Source: Microthyrium microscopicum (Eukaryota). Taken from it: 64,000 bases of DNA. Each line of letters begins with the position of its first letter. The first letter of the stretch is position 1. The notes below the pieces were generated by a model that had not been told where the DNA came from, did not search any database, and saw nothing but the letters and a program-made list of their open reading frames with translations. Both the position numbers and the translations under genes were made by a program. The stretch spans positions 2,768,539 through 2,832,538 of the forward strand of contig MU004233.1 in the NCBI GenBank assembly GCA_010405405.1, read 5' to 3'. Positions 10,971 to 22,742 of this stretch are shown piece by piece.

Positions 10971-13417
10971 TCATTTCCCCTTCGCCGCCACTCTCGCCCA
11001 CTCACCAACCTCAAAAGCCACCCTCCTTACTGCCGCACCATCTACAGTAGCCATGCCCTTCTCTTTACTGCTCCGCACCACCAAGGTACCCATATCCTCA
11101 CTAATGTCTACATGGCTCTTGTTATTGCTGCCAGCCCAATCCATGCTATCTCCCTGTCTCTGCGCTGCCTCGCCCTCTTCGCTGCGCACATAGATAGTAA
11201 AGTCTGGTCCTAGCACGCCGCGCCAAACTGTCGCGGCCCAGGACCAGTGGTCGCTGGAACCATAGGCATCGCGGATCGGTAATGCGGCGGCCCAGGCATC
11301 GGACGAGCCGACGAGGTAGCTGGGGATCAGGACGAGTGTTATTTTGCCGCTGGACGAGGGCTCGGCGTGCGAACTGGTGGATGCGTAGAAGAGCGAGGAC
11401 ATGGCGCTGTGTTTAGACGCTGCAGAAGCTTGTGAAGTGATCGAGTCACGGCGGCCTAGCGAGGGTCGCTTGCTATGCTCTGAAGCGCTCTTGGACATGG
11501 CGTCGTCCGCTTCAGCCATTTTAACGTCCTCGCTGGTATCAGACACGCGGACTGCTTTTGGTGTTCCAGACGCGCTGTTAGTAGTGGCGGCCGCATCGTC
11601 TTTAGGCGGGCCAACAAGGAGGTCGTAGAGCTTGGCGCAGCTGGTGTGCCAGCGGGCTACTTCGCCGAGATATTGGCCAAATGTAGGATTGGTGCCAGGC
11701 AGACCAGGCCCGTTCATGGTTTGTACGTCAAATTCCCCAGTTTTGCGCAACTCCATTTCGAGCGCGGCGAGAACACTGTCTGTGGGCGCGTCCTTGTCGC
11801 CTTCGACGGCAATGATGGCGCCTTTCTTGCTGATATTGGGGCCCATGGAGGCATCGATTCTGATGGGTGGCACTACGCGGCGAAGGATTCTGATTTTTCC
11901 CAGGAAAGGCGTGGGCATCATGCGATTGTGGTCCACTGATCCTAGTGATGAGACTCGTGGACTCTCTGGAATGTGGACGGGTCCTTGCGGGGACTGATAA
12001 CGTAGACTGGAGGGGGATTGTGGACCGACTGCTATTGAGCGCGGAGTGGGGGGAGGTGGTGGGATACCGTTTACGCTGCGACTAAGCATTGCAGAACGAG
12101 GAGGCGGTGGACCCATTGGAGCATTTCGGTCGGTGGGACTTTGGGCCATGGGATGACCAAGTCGCTCACTACCCCGTGTGAATGTCGCTGATGGCGGCGG
12201 GGGTAAAGAGTCTCGTCGGTTTTGCGAGTTGTAGCCGGTGAATACAGGAGAGGGACGACCAGCACTTGTAACTGGTCTTCCCTCGTCTCTTACACGGTTC
12301 GACAGCGCAAGAGCTGCGGGAGAGCCGTACGACTCATATCGTCGCTTTTTGGCACTTTCTGCCATTGTACCGGTGGGTGGTTCGAGCGTTTTCAGAGGAC
12401 TTGTTGGTGTTTTTTGAGGAGAAGTCAACTTTAACTGTTGAAGATGGGGTAACGTTCGGTGTCCTGGAGTTGATTGATCAGTTGACCCTGAATTTGGCGG
12501 GTTTGTGCTTTGTGGCGACGATGGTATCGAGCCTATGCTTGAGATGCTTCTTCCACCGCACTTGATACAACGACCTTTCTCTGTGACCTGAGTATTTGCG
12601 GCCCGACCCTTCGTTTTATGACGCGGTTGAAAGCGATACTCTGGAAACTGTAATGAGTGGCGAAGTTTCTCTTCCTAAACTGAGTCAGTCATTATATCAG
12701 AAACAAACGCTTTCAAACATACCTCAGCCAACTTCTTCCACTCGTCCTTTGTATTATCAGGCTCCTTTGCCCAAAGCTGGCCCGCGATCTTTGAAATATC
12801 CGGATTCGAAGATCCAGGATACTCTCTCAGAATGTCTGCGTGATGATGCTGTCGATATAGTATAAAAGCTATTTTCACCATGTCAGTTCTGAGTCAGTCA
12901 TGTCGGTATCGGCCACAAACTCACCGTTTCTAGGTCTTGGAATCTTTGGATCTGGTTGACAAAGGCAAATATGCGACGACGGTGAAACCTGCTGCTCAGT
13001 CTCCAGCGCACTCTCCTGTTCAGCCGATAACTGATCTTCGTCAAATCCAGCCTGCTCCGCCGCTCTCTTCCTAGTCATGCGCGCAAACGAACTAGGCGGC
13101 TCTGAAATGTTGCGCGGGCTGGCGCTCAATGCCGTCCGCAGGCGAGTCTCTGGCCCTTTACGTGCTTCTTGCTCGAACACTGGTGGTGGTTCTTCGCTGG
13201 TGCTCTCGCGCGGGGCAAAGGCCCAATTGTTGCTTTGTTGGCGGTCAGGGGCCGCTGGCAGATGCGACTGGTCGTGCCGTCGACGAAATGAAGCAGCAGC
13301 GTCTCCCTCTGGTGCTGATGCTATTGCCGCTCCTGATTGTTTAGCTTCCGGTCTGGGAACCGACGGGACATGCGGCGCAGCGGTGGAAGCATGCATGGTA
13401 GCCACGGCTGACGACAT
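10971..13417 (-). CDS. HMG-box transcription factor (MATA_HMG class, Rox1/Ste11-like box), about 780 aa
   Basis: Exons 13417-12925, 12868-12723 and 12674-10971 join in frame. HMG box KIPRPRNAFILYRQHHH..NPDISKIAGQLWAKE..KDEWKKLAEEEKLRHSLQFPEYRFQPR, followed by a CIKCGG motif. Confidence 0.9.
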
Positions 13418-14298
13418 GAATTTGTCTTTAATAAACAATACAACGAGAGAAGGGGGTGTGCGTGTGTGGGAAGTCGGGAATTGAAATGAACGGGGCATGT
13501 ATCAAAGGGAACTATGGAATTCAAACAAACCGCGCCAGATGGCAACGCAACAGTGAATAGATTTTCTCTGCCAAAGAACCCATTGTTGTGCAAAAGAAAC
13601 TATGACGGAAACGGCTATCAATTCAAGGAATGGGGTTCAATGTTCTATTGTTGACATGGTTAACAACCCCATTTCCCGGATTCGCTGGCTTAATGGAGTG
13701 TATGCATGGCAAGGAAACACAGGTCGGGAACACACTTCTTTGTCTTTGTTATCCGTTCTTTGTTCCATCGCCACATTCCATGCTTGGAGAACAAGGTCTC
13801 CTCATATGACGAGCTTTGATGACTTTATTTGGAAAGTTGTTCAAGAATATCATTGTATCTTTGTACACTCATGACAGTGTTGGTGTATGAAAGCACCTTG
13901 ATCGAAATCTTCCATAATGAAACTCGAATATCAATGTTAGGCCTCATAAGCAAATTCATGAAATCATAGAAGTTAGCTTAAACTTGCCTGTACTCATAAT
14001 CAATTGCAGCTGCGCATATATGCATCCCTAGTTTCACAACAGCCGCTCTACATCTTCCCGCAAATACAAACAAAGAGCAAGTGAAACCGAGAGCACCAAA
14101 CCTAAACTTGACCAACATAATCTCGTGGTCTTTGTCCAAATCGGTCCATCCGTATGCAAAGCCACTTGTGTCACCCCATTGATTAACCCGATATCCTATC
14201 AAATGTTTTGACCGTGTCAAACGACAGAATGATCCATTCATGGAATGTATCAGAACCTTTTTTGTGAATGGAATGTACATCTCTCTTTATTCAAGAAC

Positions 14299-14307
14299 TA
14301 TTTTACA
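14299..14307 (-). promoter_or_regulatory. Possible Puf-family binding element (UGUAAAAUA) in the RSM23 3' UTR
   Basis: Minus strand reads TGTAAAATA about 25 nt after the stop, matching a UGUAHAHUA Puf4-type motif. Short, so could be chance. Confidence 0.3.
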
Positions 14308-14332
14308 AAAATAGGGGTATATTCGATTATCT

Positions 14333-15872
14333 TCAAGTTCCACCATTGAGATTCATCCTTACGACCGCCTTTTCCAATTCTCCAATCACACCTCCCCCGC
14401 TCATTGTCCACTTCTCACCAACATAGTTGTCTTGAACGCGATCGCGGACAAGACCACTGAGTGCCCAGTAGCCAATAATCTCTCGTGCTTCCTCTTTTGA
14501 TATCCCTTTAAGTGGGAGGACGTCGATGTTGATGACTTGGTCGAGGACTCGGCGATCTATCTTGACAAGGGGATTCCAAAAGTCGTTGACCTCGAGCTTT
14601 TCGTCAGGGTACTGTAGACGCTCTTGTCCCATTTCGATAGCTACATCTAGTGGTGGACAGGTGATGTAGTGAGAGGAAGAAGTAGCTCCAAGGATAATTC
14701 CGCCATTTGGAAGGGTGGTGGTCCCAGTGAGAAGATCGATATAGTGCTTTGGTAGCAAGAGGTCGAAGGTGTGGACTGGTACTAGTTTGTCGTTTTCAGC
14801 AAGCTTTTCATACTTTGACTCGCCGAATATATATGAGATGTTGTCGGCGCAAAACATGACGGGCGGTCTTTTGCCGAATTTCTCAACAACCTCGGGGTCG
14901 TTCTTTGCGGTCAGTTCAGTCCATAGTGCTTGAAACACTGGCCAGGCCAAGTCTAGTTCTGCAGCACCGTGTTCAGCCAGTTGATGGAGGTTCATTTGTC
15001 CTAGGTTGCGAATTGGTAGGGTGTGACTTTGTGATACTTTGATTTTGCTGAGAACCGTTCGATTCACTCTTGCAATCTGATCCAGGAGAGTGGCTGAGTA
15101 TTGCTTTTGGTAAAACTGTAATGGATCGGTTCCCTTGACGGGATTGTAATCCGATGTCAAGGCATCGGTCAGTTCGCGGCCTGTGGCATTTAGCATCATA
15201 CATTGCTCACTCCTCGAAAGTCAACTTACATTCGGGTATATTGATAACCACCCACTCGCGAAGCATAGCCATACTCAAAGCTTGTAAAATGAGCACGCTC
15301 TTGCCAGATTTCCTCTCGCCAATAATGACTTTGCGAGTTGTTTCTGCACCCAAGCCAGCCTCAGATATTTCGTTCATACGTTGACCAATGTACCACGTTT
15401 CTTGCCTTATAAGGGTAGCTGGACCTTTGTAGTTATGCCATCCCTGAGTCCTCTTGAAAGCACCCATAAGTCTAAGCGCATCAATATGATTTCCGGGTAT
15501 AGTAAAGACTTTTCCTATCGACTCTTTGGCAAAAGCTGTTTCAGCCGTCAGACGGTCAAGTCCGGGTACGGTATTTGCGTTCGTGTTCTCTAATATGATT
15601 CGCGTTCTAAAAGCTTTTCTTGATTCTGGGGTTCCGATTGTGGCATCTTTGACTCGCATGTCGCGCTTGATCTTCAACGTCTGTCTTCCTTTCTTGGGAC
15701 CTTCTCCATGGCCTCCTGTCCCCTTCTTCTTTCCTGCAGTTGGAGGAGCATATCGATAGCTCGTCGTAGAGAAATATGTAACAGAACCTGGTCTGCGTAG
15801 CGTAAGAGGTCTTGCGACGATGCAGTCGTCCAGGAGTGCTGGCACTCGGCGAAGGGTGGTAGTTGGGCGCAT
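14333..15872 (-). CDS. RSM23: Mitochondrial small ribosomal subunit protein mS29 (DAP3/Rsm23)
   Basis: Mitochondrial presequence, P-loop GERKSGKS, EWVVINIPE, C-terminal EKWTMSGGGVIGELEK. Intron 15181-15229. Confidence 0.9.
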
Positions 15873-16175
15873 GGTACAGGATCGAGGTGAGAACTTGGAT
15901 TAATGACTCATCATGAAAAGTTTAGTACAGGGGCATACGATGGACGTGTGTAAAAGGATGGAGAGCTTGTTGTATTAATTGGAGCTTCTTGATCTCCATT
16001 GAACATTGAAAGCCATCAACAATTTTCGACGATCCCGATTCGGCATCCCGACTTTAGCGCCTTCCGAAATTCCTGAGCGCCTTCCAATTTTTTTCTTCGA
16101 AATTTCGGAGCTTCCAACCACAACTCCGCATCCCACAGAAAATTTATATCTCACCACCCGCCTTTCCCCTCAAAT

Positions 16176-16826
16176 ATGTCTGATACCGAAATGGCAGACG
16201 CCGTCCAGCCAATATCACCCTCCGAACAATTGCGCAAAGAAAGCGCCGAACAACCTACCACCAATGGCACTAGCCGCCCACCCGTCACTGTCACCAAACC
16301 AATCCCATACACCTTCGATCTAGGTCACCTACTTCTCCACGACGCCAATCCGATACCTGCAGATCCAACCACAGAAACCCTCCTAGCCGAAGGCCGTGAT
16401 TGCGCACAAGCACTCATCAACCAACTACTCACCACTTGTCCCGTCACAAGCACACCCGAAGGCGTCTATCTAGGCCTACCCGACCCACAAATGCCACTCC
16501 CACGCGAAAAGGCCATACCTAAAGAGAAGGAGCCCACTAGATGGGAGAAGTTTGCAACGAAACGTGGAATCAAGGCGAAGAAGCGGGATGGCAATAAGGT
16601 GTACGATGAAGCAACAGGTGAATGGGTCGCGAAATGGGGATATAAGGGCAAGAATAAGGCTGGCGAGAATGATTGGCTCGTTGAGGTTGATGCCGACAAG
16701 GAGAAGCGGACTGGTGAAGCTGGTGATGTGAGAAAGGAGAAGAGAGCAGAACGGGTGGAGAGATTGAAGAGACAGGAGCGAAGAGAGCGTACGAATGATA
16801 AGCGGGCGTTCAAGACTGCGGGCTGA
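16176..16826 (+). CDS. RRS1: Ribosome biogenesis regulatory protein Rrs1
   Basis: PYTFDLGHLL, RDCAQALINQL, LPREKAIPKEKEPTRWEKFA..GI, VYDEATGEWVAKWGYKG. Confidence 0.95.
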   Translation: MSDTEMADAVQPISPSEQLRKESAEQPTTNGTSRPPVTVTKPIPYTFDLGHLLLHDANPIPADPTTETLLAEGRDCAQALINQLLTTCPVTSTPEGVYLGLPDPQMPLPREKAIPKEKEPTRWEKFATKRGIKAKKRDGNKVYDEATGEWVAKWGYKGKNKAGENDWLVEVDADKEKRTGEAGDVRKEKRAERVERLKRQERRERTNDKRAFKTAG

Positions 16827-16948
16827 TGCTGGACTGCTAATGATTTATGATTTGAGAAGAGCTGGTCGCTATACCGGCATTTAAGATCGAAGGTTTCCTC
16901 CACGACTACTCCAAGCCACGATGTATCATAGCCGCATTTCCATTCTGC

Positions 16949-17621
16949 TCAGGTGGACGCAACAGCATCTGATGGTTCTGCTGGAACTTCGCCCCCCTCA
17001 GGAAAAGTTTTGAGATATTCATCATTCTTCCACTTTACATATGCTGTCCGTTCAAGACTTCTCGCAGTAACCTGGATATCGGTTTCGATATCTTCAATCA
17101 ACGACTCCTTGGAGACATAATCATACTCAGGTCGAATGAAGCCAAGGATAATGAGGTTGAGATGATGGCCGTAGAAGTCACGCCCAAATTTGTGCATGAT
17201 ATGGACTTCCTAATCAATAGTTAGTTGTATGTTTATGAGACGCAAGATTTAAAACCTACCAGACTTCGTACTTTGTTTCCATAGAATGGATTCCATCCTA
17301 TACTCATAACCATTGGATAAATTGTTCCTTTATTGTTGGTATCGTCGAGATTTAATCCAGCCCAGCCGTAGTAGATCCCACTGTCTAGATCTTCATGGCC
17401 ACCTATTTCTAAACCCGATAGAGGTATATTTGCGGTAGGAATCCCTAGCTGAGAGATATCAGAGTTCCATGTGCTTTCAAAAAGACTGGACTTACTTCTT
17501 TGCTGCCTCTTCCGAATCCTTTGACAATCGGACCATTAACTTTGACTGGAAATGGCTTCTCAGGTCCACTTTCTGGACCAGCGTATAATTCTCGAGCTCC
17601 GGTGGGTGGTTTGGGCGCCAT
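16949..17621 (-). CDS. FMN1: Riboflavin kinase
   Basis: [66 protein letters not shown]. Two short introns (17449-17495 and about 17210-17259). Confidence 0.95.
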
Positions 17622-17930
17622 TGTCTTAACAGTAGCTGCGCTGCTCAAGAAATTCAGGAAAATTACTAAAAGCTCAAAATCGTAGCAGTCATGGAAACTG
17701 GTCAAATGTTCATTTCGCCGCCACAGATTTGATATCAGAGTCAGACCCCTCCACGTGAAAATTGCTAGTAACGAACGACACCAGTTGACGAGATCGGACC
17801 TTCCTCCACAACCATCCAACATCACTTTATAATCCAATCAGTCAAAAATCACCAAGGATTTCAATTCTTTAAGAGCTAGGGAAAAGGGCGTATCTAAGCA
17901 GGAACGACAGCACCATCTCCAACCGCATCA

Positions 17931-18965
17931 ATGGCAAAATCCGCAAAATCCAAACGCGCAAAAAAAGCAGACTTCACCAAACCAAAACTAAAACTCGGCC
18001 GCCCAAAACCAAAACCCGAAAACTATACAGACGTCTCCTTCTCCGCCCAAAGAATCGCCGTCCTCCATCAAAATCTCTCTTCTTCCGCCCCGTCCCAGAC
18101 TGCGCTTTTCACACACCACCTGGCGCTACTATCGCATAAATCTGATGCGCAGCGCGCTGCGAGTCTCGCGCATTTGACCACTGCTCTAAGTAGTCTGGGT
18201 GGCGAGCTACCGTTGCCGGGAGCACAAGTATTAACGAAAGTTGCGCCACTACTACTCGATGCGAATGGAAGCGTACGGAACAATACGTTGAAGTTTTTAG
18301 CCCTCCTATCAGACGCCGTGAGCGCAGGAGGCATTTCCACACTTCTCCTGTATATCCGCGCCGCACTCACACATCTCAGCGCACGCGTGCGTTTCTCCGG
18401 CGTCGATGCGCTCAGCTGGCTACTCCGCACCGACAAACGCGCCACCAGGACCGCAGCAGTGTCCTCCTCCGGCGGTTTCGCAGGCCTCCTAGAAGGCATC
18501 CTCGGCCTCCTCGGCTGGCTAGTCTCCAAGCCCGGAAATTCAAAAGGCTGGAGTTCCAGCACAGCCAGCGGCGGCAAAGCCGAAGATGAAGGCAAAGGTC
18601 GCGCCACACAACTCACCGCCCTCGCACTCCTACTCGATGCCGGCCTCGTTGATGGAGAGCGGGAATCAAGGGCGCAGAGGAGGAAGTGGGAGATGGGTGT
18701 GCGGTGGCCGTTGGTCGATTGGCGGGCGCATAAAATCGGTGGGGCGGGTACGTACGATTATCTCAATCTATACGGAGATGTAGGTGGCGCAAGTGACGAA
18801 GCTTGTCCAGAAGTTGCAGATCGAATGCGCGTGTATGCACGACATGGTGGTGCGGTACGGGCGGGACTGGAGACGGCGAAGAGGGAGGGTGGTGGGATTG
18901 GGAGGGCGGCGGTGGCGGTGGAGAAGGTTCTTGCTGGTGTGTATCTTGATGATGATCGAGAGTAG
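17931..18965 (+). CDS. IPI1: Pre-rRNA-processing protein Ipi1 (Rix1 complex)
   Basis: N-terminal KKADFTKPKLKLGRPKPKPENYTDVSF..QNL, HHLALLSHKSDAQR, PLLLDANGSVR, AALTHLSARVR. Confidence 0.9.
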   Translation: MAKSAKSKRAKKADFTKPKLKLGRPKPKPENYTDVSFSAQRIAVLHQNLSSSAPSQTALFTHHLALLSHKSDAQRAASLAHLTTALSSLGGELPLPGAQVLTKVAPLLLDANGSVRNNTLKFLALLSDAVSAGGISTLLLYIRAALTHLSARVRFSGVDALSWLLRTDKRATRTAAVSSSGGFAGLLEGILGLLGWLVSKPGNSKGWSSSTASGGKAEDEGKGRATQLTALALLLDAGLVDGERESRAQRRKWEMGVRWPLVDWRAHKIGGAGTYDYLNLYGDVGGASDEACPEVADRMRVYARHGGAVRAGLETAKREGGGIGRAAVAVEKVLAGVYLDDDRE

Positions 18966-19712
18966 AGTAAATACTATGCTCAAGGGGATGGGTTCGTATG
19001 TGTGTGCGATTAGAGTATGGGGTTTGATATTTAGCGATATACCCAGTAATGCGCACAGCTCTTGTGGGCTCTCTCATAATGATATTGCTCAGTCAGGTCA
19101 CGAAGAGACTATAGAAAGAAAAAAGTTTGTGCCACCAATTTCAATTTCTATCAAAAATACCGCAGGCCTTTATCGGCGGCAGTTTATATACATGTGCAAT
19201 CGCGTAACACGATTGACAGCAGCTGTTCTTCAAAACAACATATAAAGCAAAATGGTGGTTTCAAAGAAAAAATGCATCGCATAAAATCAACAGAGTGTTG
19301 ATATCAGTATCCCAATCCAGTGGACAGCCTTGGCCAAGTCCATTCCCAACGCCTTGCTGTTATAAATAAATTTCAAAATCATGGGGTAGTTCCAACGCCG
19401 TGTGTAATGCAATCTGTTTTTTGTCGTCCGTGAAAAGCAGTGGTGTGCCCATAACACCGCAAAAATGATGGGCTGTGAGCATGAAAAACCTGGGGAAGTC
19501 GTGTAATGGCCGTTGGTGCGATAATGTAAGAACCGTTGTGGTGATAGCTTGAAATTGATAGGGGCCTTGAACGGTAGAAACCGCGGCCGCCTCAATCAAT
19601 TTAGCATAGTGATACCATGACGTTTGAGAGCCTTTTGCTGACGACGATTGAGTGGTTTTGACGCAGAAGATTGTGGGGTTTGTGCTGGATTCTTGTTTGA
19701 AGACACTTTGTT

Positions 19713-20774
19713 CTACGTTGATGTCTTCATCTCAAGTCGCTCCATTTTGCCCTTGTTTAACCATTCTGGCTTGATGATTCGTGCGCGGTCTTCGTACACC
19801 TTCTTCCATGCGCCTTTGATAGTGCCGTCGGAGACATTAACCACGGCACCAATCTCCTTGGGGGTCTTTGGCATTCCTACAAAGGCAGAGATGACAAACA
19901 AGGCGACAGCTGCGATCGAGACGGGCGAACGACCAGCGAGTAGACCAGCTTGGCTCAGAAGCCCAGCACATTCGCCAGCCATAATGTTGACCCAGGCTGG
20001 AAGGTTGAGATGAGTGCCATTTCGAACGCAGAGAACGCGTGGCTCCATGACAGTCGCGTTGTTGTAGCCTTGAAGCTCGGCCGTGTTCTTTGTAGTTTTT
20101 GCCTGTTTCTTGAAGAAAGGCTCGAGAAGCTTGAACACGCGACCAAGATCTTTTTTAGAGACACCGCAAAAGTTGGCTACGTCGCGAAACGTCCGAGAGG
20201 TATTACCCATCTGACGGCAACCGAGGAAGACACAACCGGCGATGATAGCGTCGTTTGTCTTGGTACGGAACTGCTTGCTCTCCCAAGCGACTTTGTAGAG
20301 CTGCTTGACCTTTTCGACGATAGGTTTGTTCAAGTGCATTGTACCAGCATGTTCGTCAATTCTAGCAAATCCGTCGATCAACTGCTTATTGCCTTTGTCG
20401 TCGTTGGATTTGCCTTGCGCGCGACTAAGATCTCGAGCAAGAGCGCTTTTGCTGTCAAAGGTGATTTTGGTTGCAAGTTGAGGTCCAATGTCGATGAGGC
20501 TGCTGGCTTGACCAACTCGAGATGGATCATCGCCTCCTTGATCATCGTTGGCGAAACTACGCCATTCGGAGCGATTGTCGATGATATTTGACTCCAGAAC
20601 CATGCCACATGATCCACAGACGAGGTCGCCGGATGAGTACTCCTCGACTAGGTTTGGCGGGTCTTCCTGACAGTCCTTGCAGATGACTTTGCGATTGAGG
20701 TTTTGCTGATAGACCGCCTCCTCCTCAACGGCTGGGAAGGGGGCAACCTCACCAGGTGATAGTTCGAAAGACAT
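19713..20774 (-). CDS. SUA7: General transcription factor TFIIB
   Basis: Zinc ribbon CKDC..GDLVCGSCG, B-reader IDNRSEWRSF..DPSRVG, two cyclin folds (RTFRDV; GRSPVSIAAVA..VSDGTIK). Confidence 0.97.
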   Translation of the reverse strand: MSFELSPGEVAPFPAVEEEAVYQQNLNRKVICKDCQEDPPNLVEEYSSGDLVCGSCGMVLESNIIDNRSEWRSFANDDQGGDDPSRVGQASSLIDIGPQLATKITFDSKSALARDLSRAQGKSNDDKGNKQLIDGFARIDEHAGTMHLNKPIVEKVKQLYKVAWESKQFRTKTNDAIIAGCVFLGCRQMGNTSRTFRDVANFCGVSKKDLGRVFKLLEPFFKKQAKTTKNTAELQGYNNATVMEPRVLCVRNGTHLNLPAWVNIMAGECAGLLSQAGLLAGRSPVSIAAVALFVISAFVGMPKTPKEIGAVVNVSDGTIKGAWKKVYEDRARIIKPEWLNKGKMERLEMKTST

Positions 20775-22742
20775 GATGATGAGAGTTGTTCAGTCGATGT
20801 TTGCGCAGGCGAGGAGATGAAGCGCAGGCGGACGGAAAGAATTAAGAGGCCAACAGACCAGCTGTGATCTCGTTTCGCGCTCTTGCTGGAGGCAAACTAC
20901 TAGGCCAGTAAAGGTGTTTGTTGCGTCTTCAGCAGAGTGGAGAGTTTGGTTGTTTCTGGGCAGTGGTGAGAGTGAGCGGTGTGGTGAGGGATGAGAGTGA
21001 CGGACAGCGTGACAGTAGAGTAAGAGAGATGGACAAAGAAGGTTTGAAAGAGATGGTGTCAAAGATCTTATGCGGAGTAGAAAGTGATGGCTCGCTGACT
21101 CATAGCACTAGTCTGGTTATGGTTAGTGCCACTGTGGAATCGGGTTTACTAAGGTCAACTTAGTACTTACCAAGCCTGAGCTTACCTCAACCACGGTAGC
21201 TTGACAGACCTTGACAGCCGCCGAGAACCTTCCACGTACGCTTTTGATATTCTCAGCAACCCATATTATTAACCTCAATCTTTGCTACCTATTTCGATAT
21301 TTATTCTGTCCGCTGACTTCAAATCCGTTGAGGTGTCAGCTAGTCAACAAGACATGCCCTCTATACCATGCAGGACAGTCTCACATTTCAGGTAGCCATG
21401 GCATTTCTCTTGCTTGAATCGGTACAAAGTACTAGTGAAACATCTGGCTTGGTATCTAGGCGCCATCGACATTGAGAATAATGCAATATCAAATGGAAAG
21501 AGATGGCAAGCGCAATGATCACCAGCCATCAAGAATCCGGGGAACTGAAATGTGGCGTTTGGATAGCGCCGGCAGTAGCCGCAGAGCCGTTAATTTGACA
21601 AGTTGACTTTCCGTCTTCAATCTTGACAAATGGCAAATGGAAGCACAGAGTATTTCTGGTAGAGTACTGTTTGCAACATGTTAGGTGATGTCGTTGCTAA
21701 GGTCACTTTGTTCTACTGCGATATCTCATACATAATCATGTTCGAGATCAATTTCAATGCCATTCGTGATTGTCTGGAGACTTTCGATGGTACTGGCAGC
21801 AATTTTACTGTCCTTTTCGTACCGGAATTCCATGCCAATAACTCTGGACCCTGGTCCACTGGAACTCAGATGCACTCGATGCCTCAGGATACCAGTCTCT
21901 ATTCACTGCTACCACGCAATCCTAAGCCGCGATCGATATAGTCCATCAGTGAATACTCGATCGTGAGCCCGTGAATCGAGTGACGACCATCGTACTTGTT
22001 GGTAGCCGAGGTTGATAGAAATAGTCCAGATGGCTCGACGGCCGACCTATGGTGCCTGTACCGATACCGTTCGCAGCAGGCGCTAGGATGAGGAGTAGGA
22101 CTACTGTAGCAGATCTACCTACCCATTAACGGTTCATATACTGAAGATCTCTATATGTGGCTGATGCTGAGTTGCAGACTTCTCCTTCTCATCTGTAAGG
22201 CACAGGTAAAGCGTCCCAATAGTTTCAAGTATCCCCGATGAGTACATGAAGACTACAGGCCGCGATGCCGTACGAGCCCGATGTAGCCATTGACCACTCA
22301 GTATTATGTATGATGACGTAGATGCCTTATTAAGCACTAGTGGTATATCACTCACTTTCAACTTGAGAGGAAGACAACTCACACTTCCTTCATACAAAAG
22401 TCAACAGACAACAGAAAACTACAGAGGACGATACGAGTGACAAAATAGTCGTTTGATTTTTTCAGCTGCTACCCGACTGTTTTTCTTGCATAGCCACAAA
22501 TCAGGTCAGCAATCGATAAGAACCCTGCTTTCGTCGTGGTTGCAACCTTCAGCGTTGTTCCCTGCCCCGCTCTGTGACCACTCGTCTGAAGGCCTGACCA
22601 GTCCACCATCACCCAACTACAACCCATTCACTTGGCACAAGATTCATCAGAGAGGCTGAGTCTATTTCTTCCCTACTTCTTTAAATTCCCGCTCTTCCTA
22701 CTATTCTCGCCCTCTAATCCTACAAAATACACCTCTATCAAC

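Noticed and set aside
10971..13417. HMG-box gene as mating-type MAT1-2-1
   Set aside because: The protein is about 780 aa with an N-proximal box and a long C-terminal domain, and there are no APN2/SLA2 neighbours. It fits a non-MAT HMG factor.
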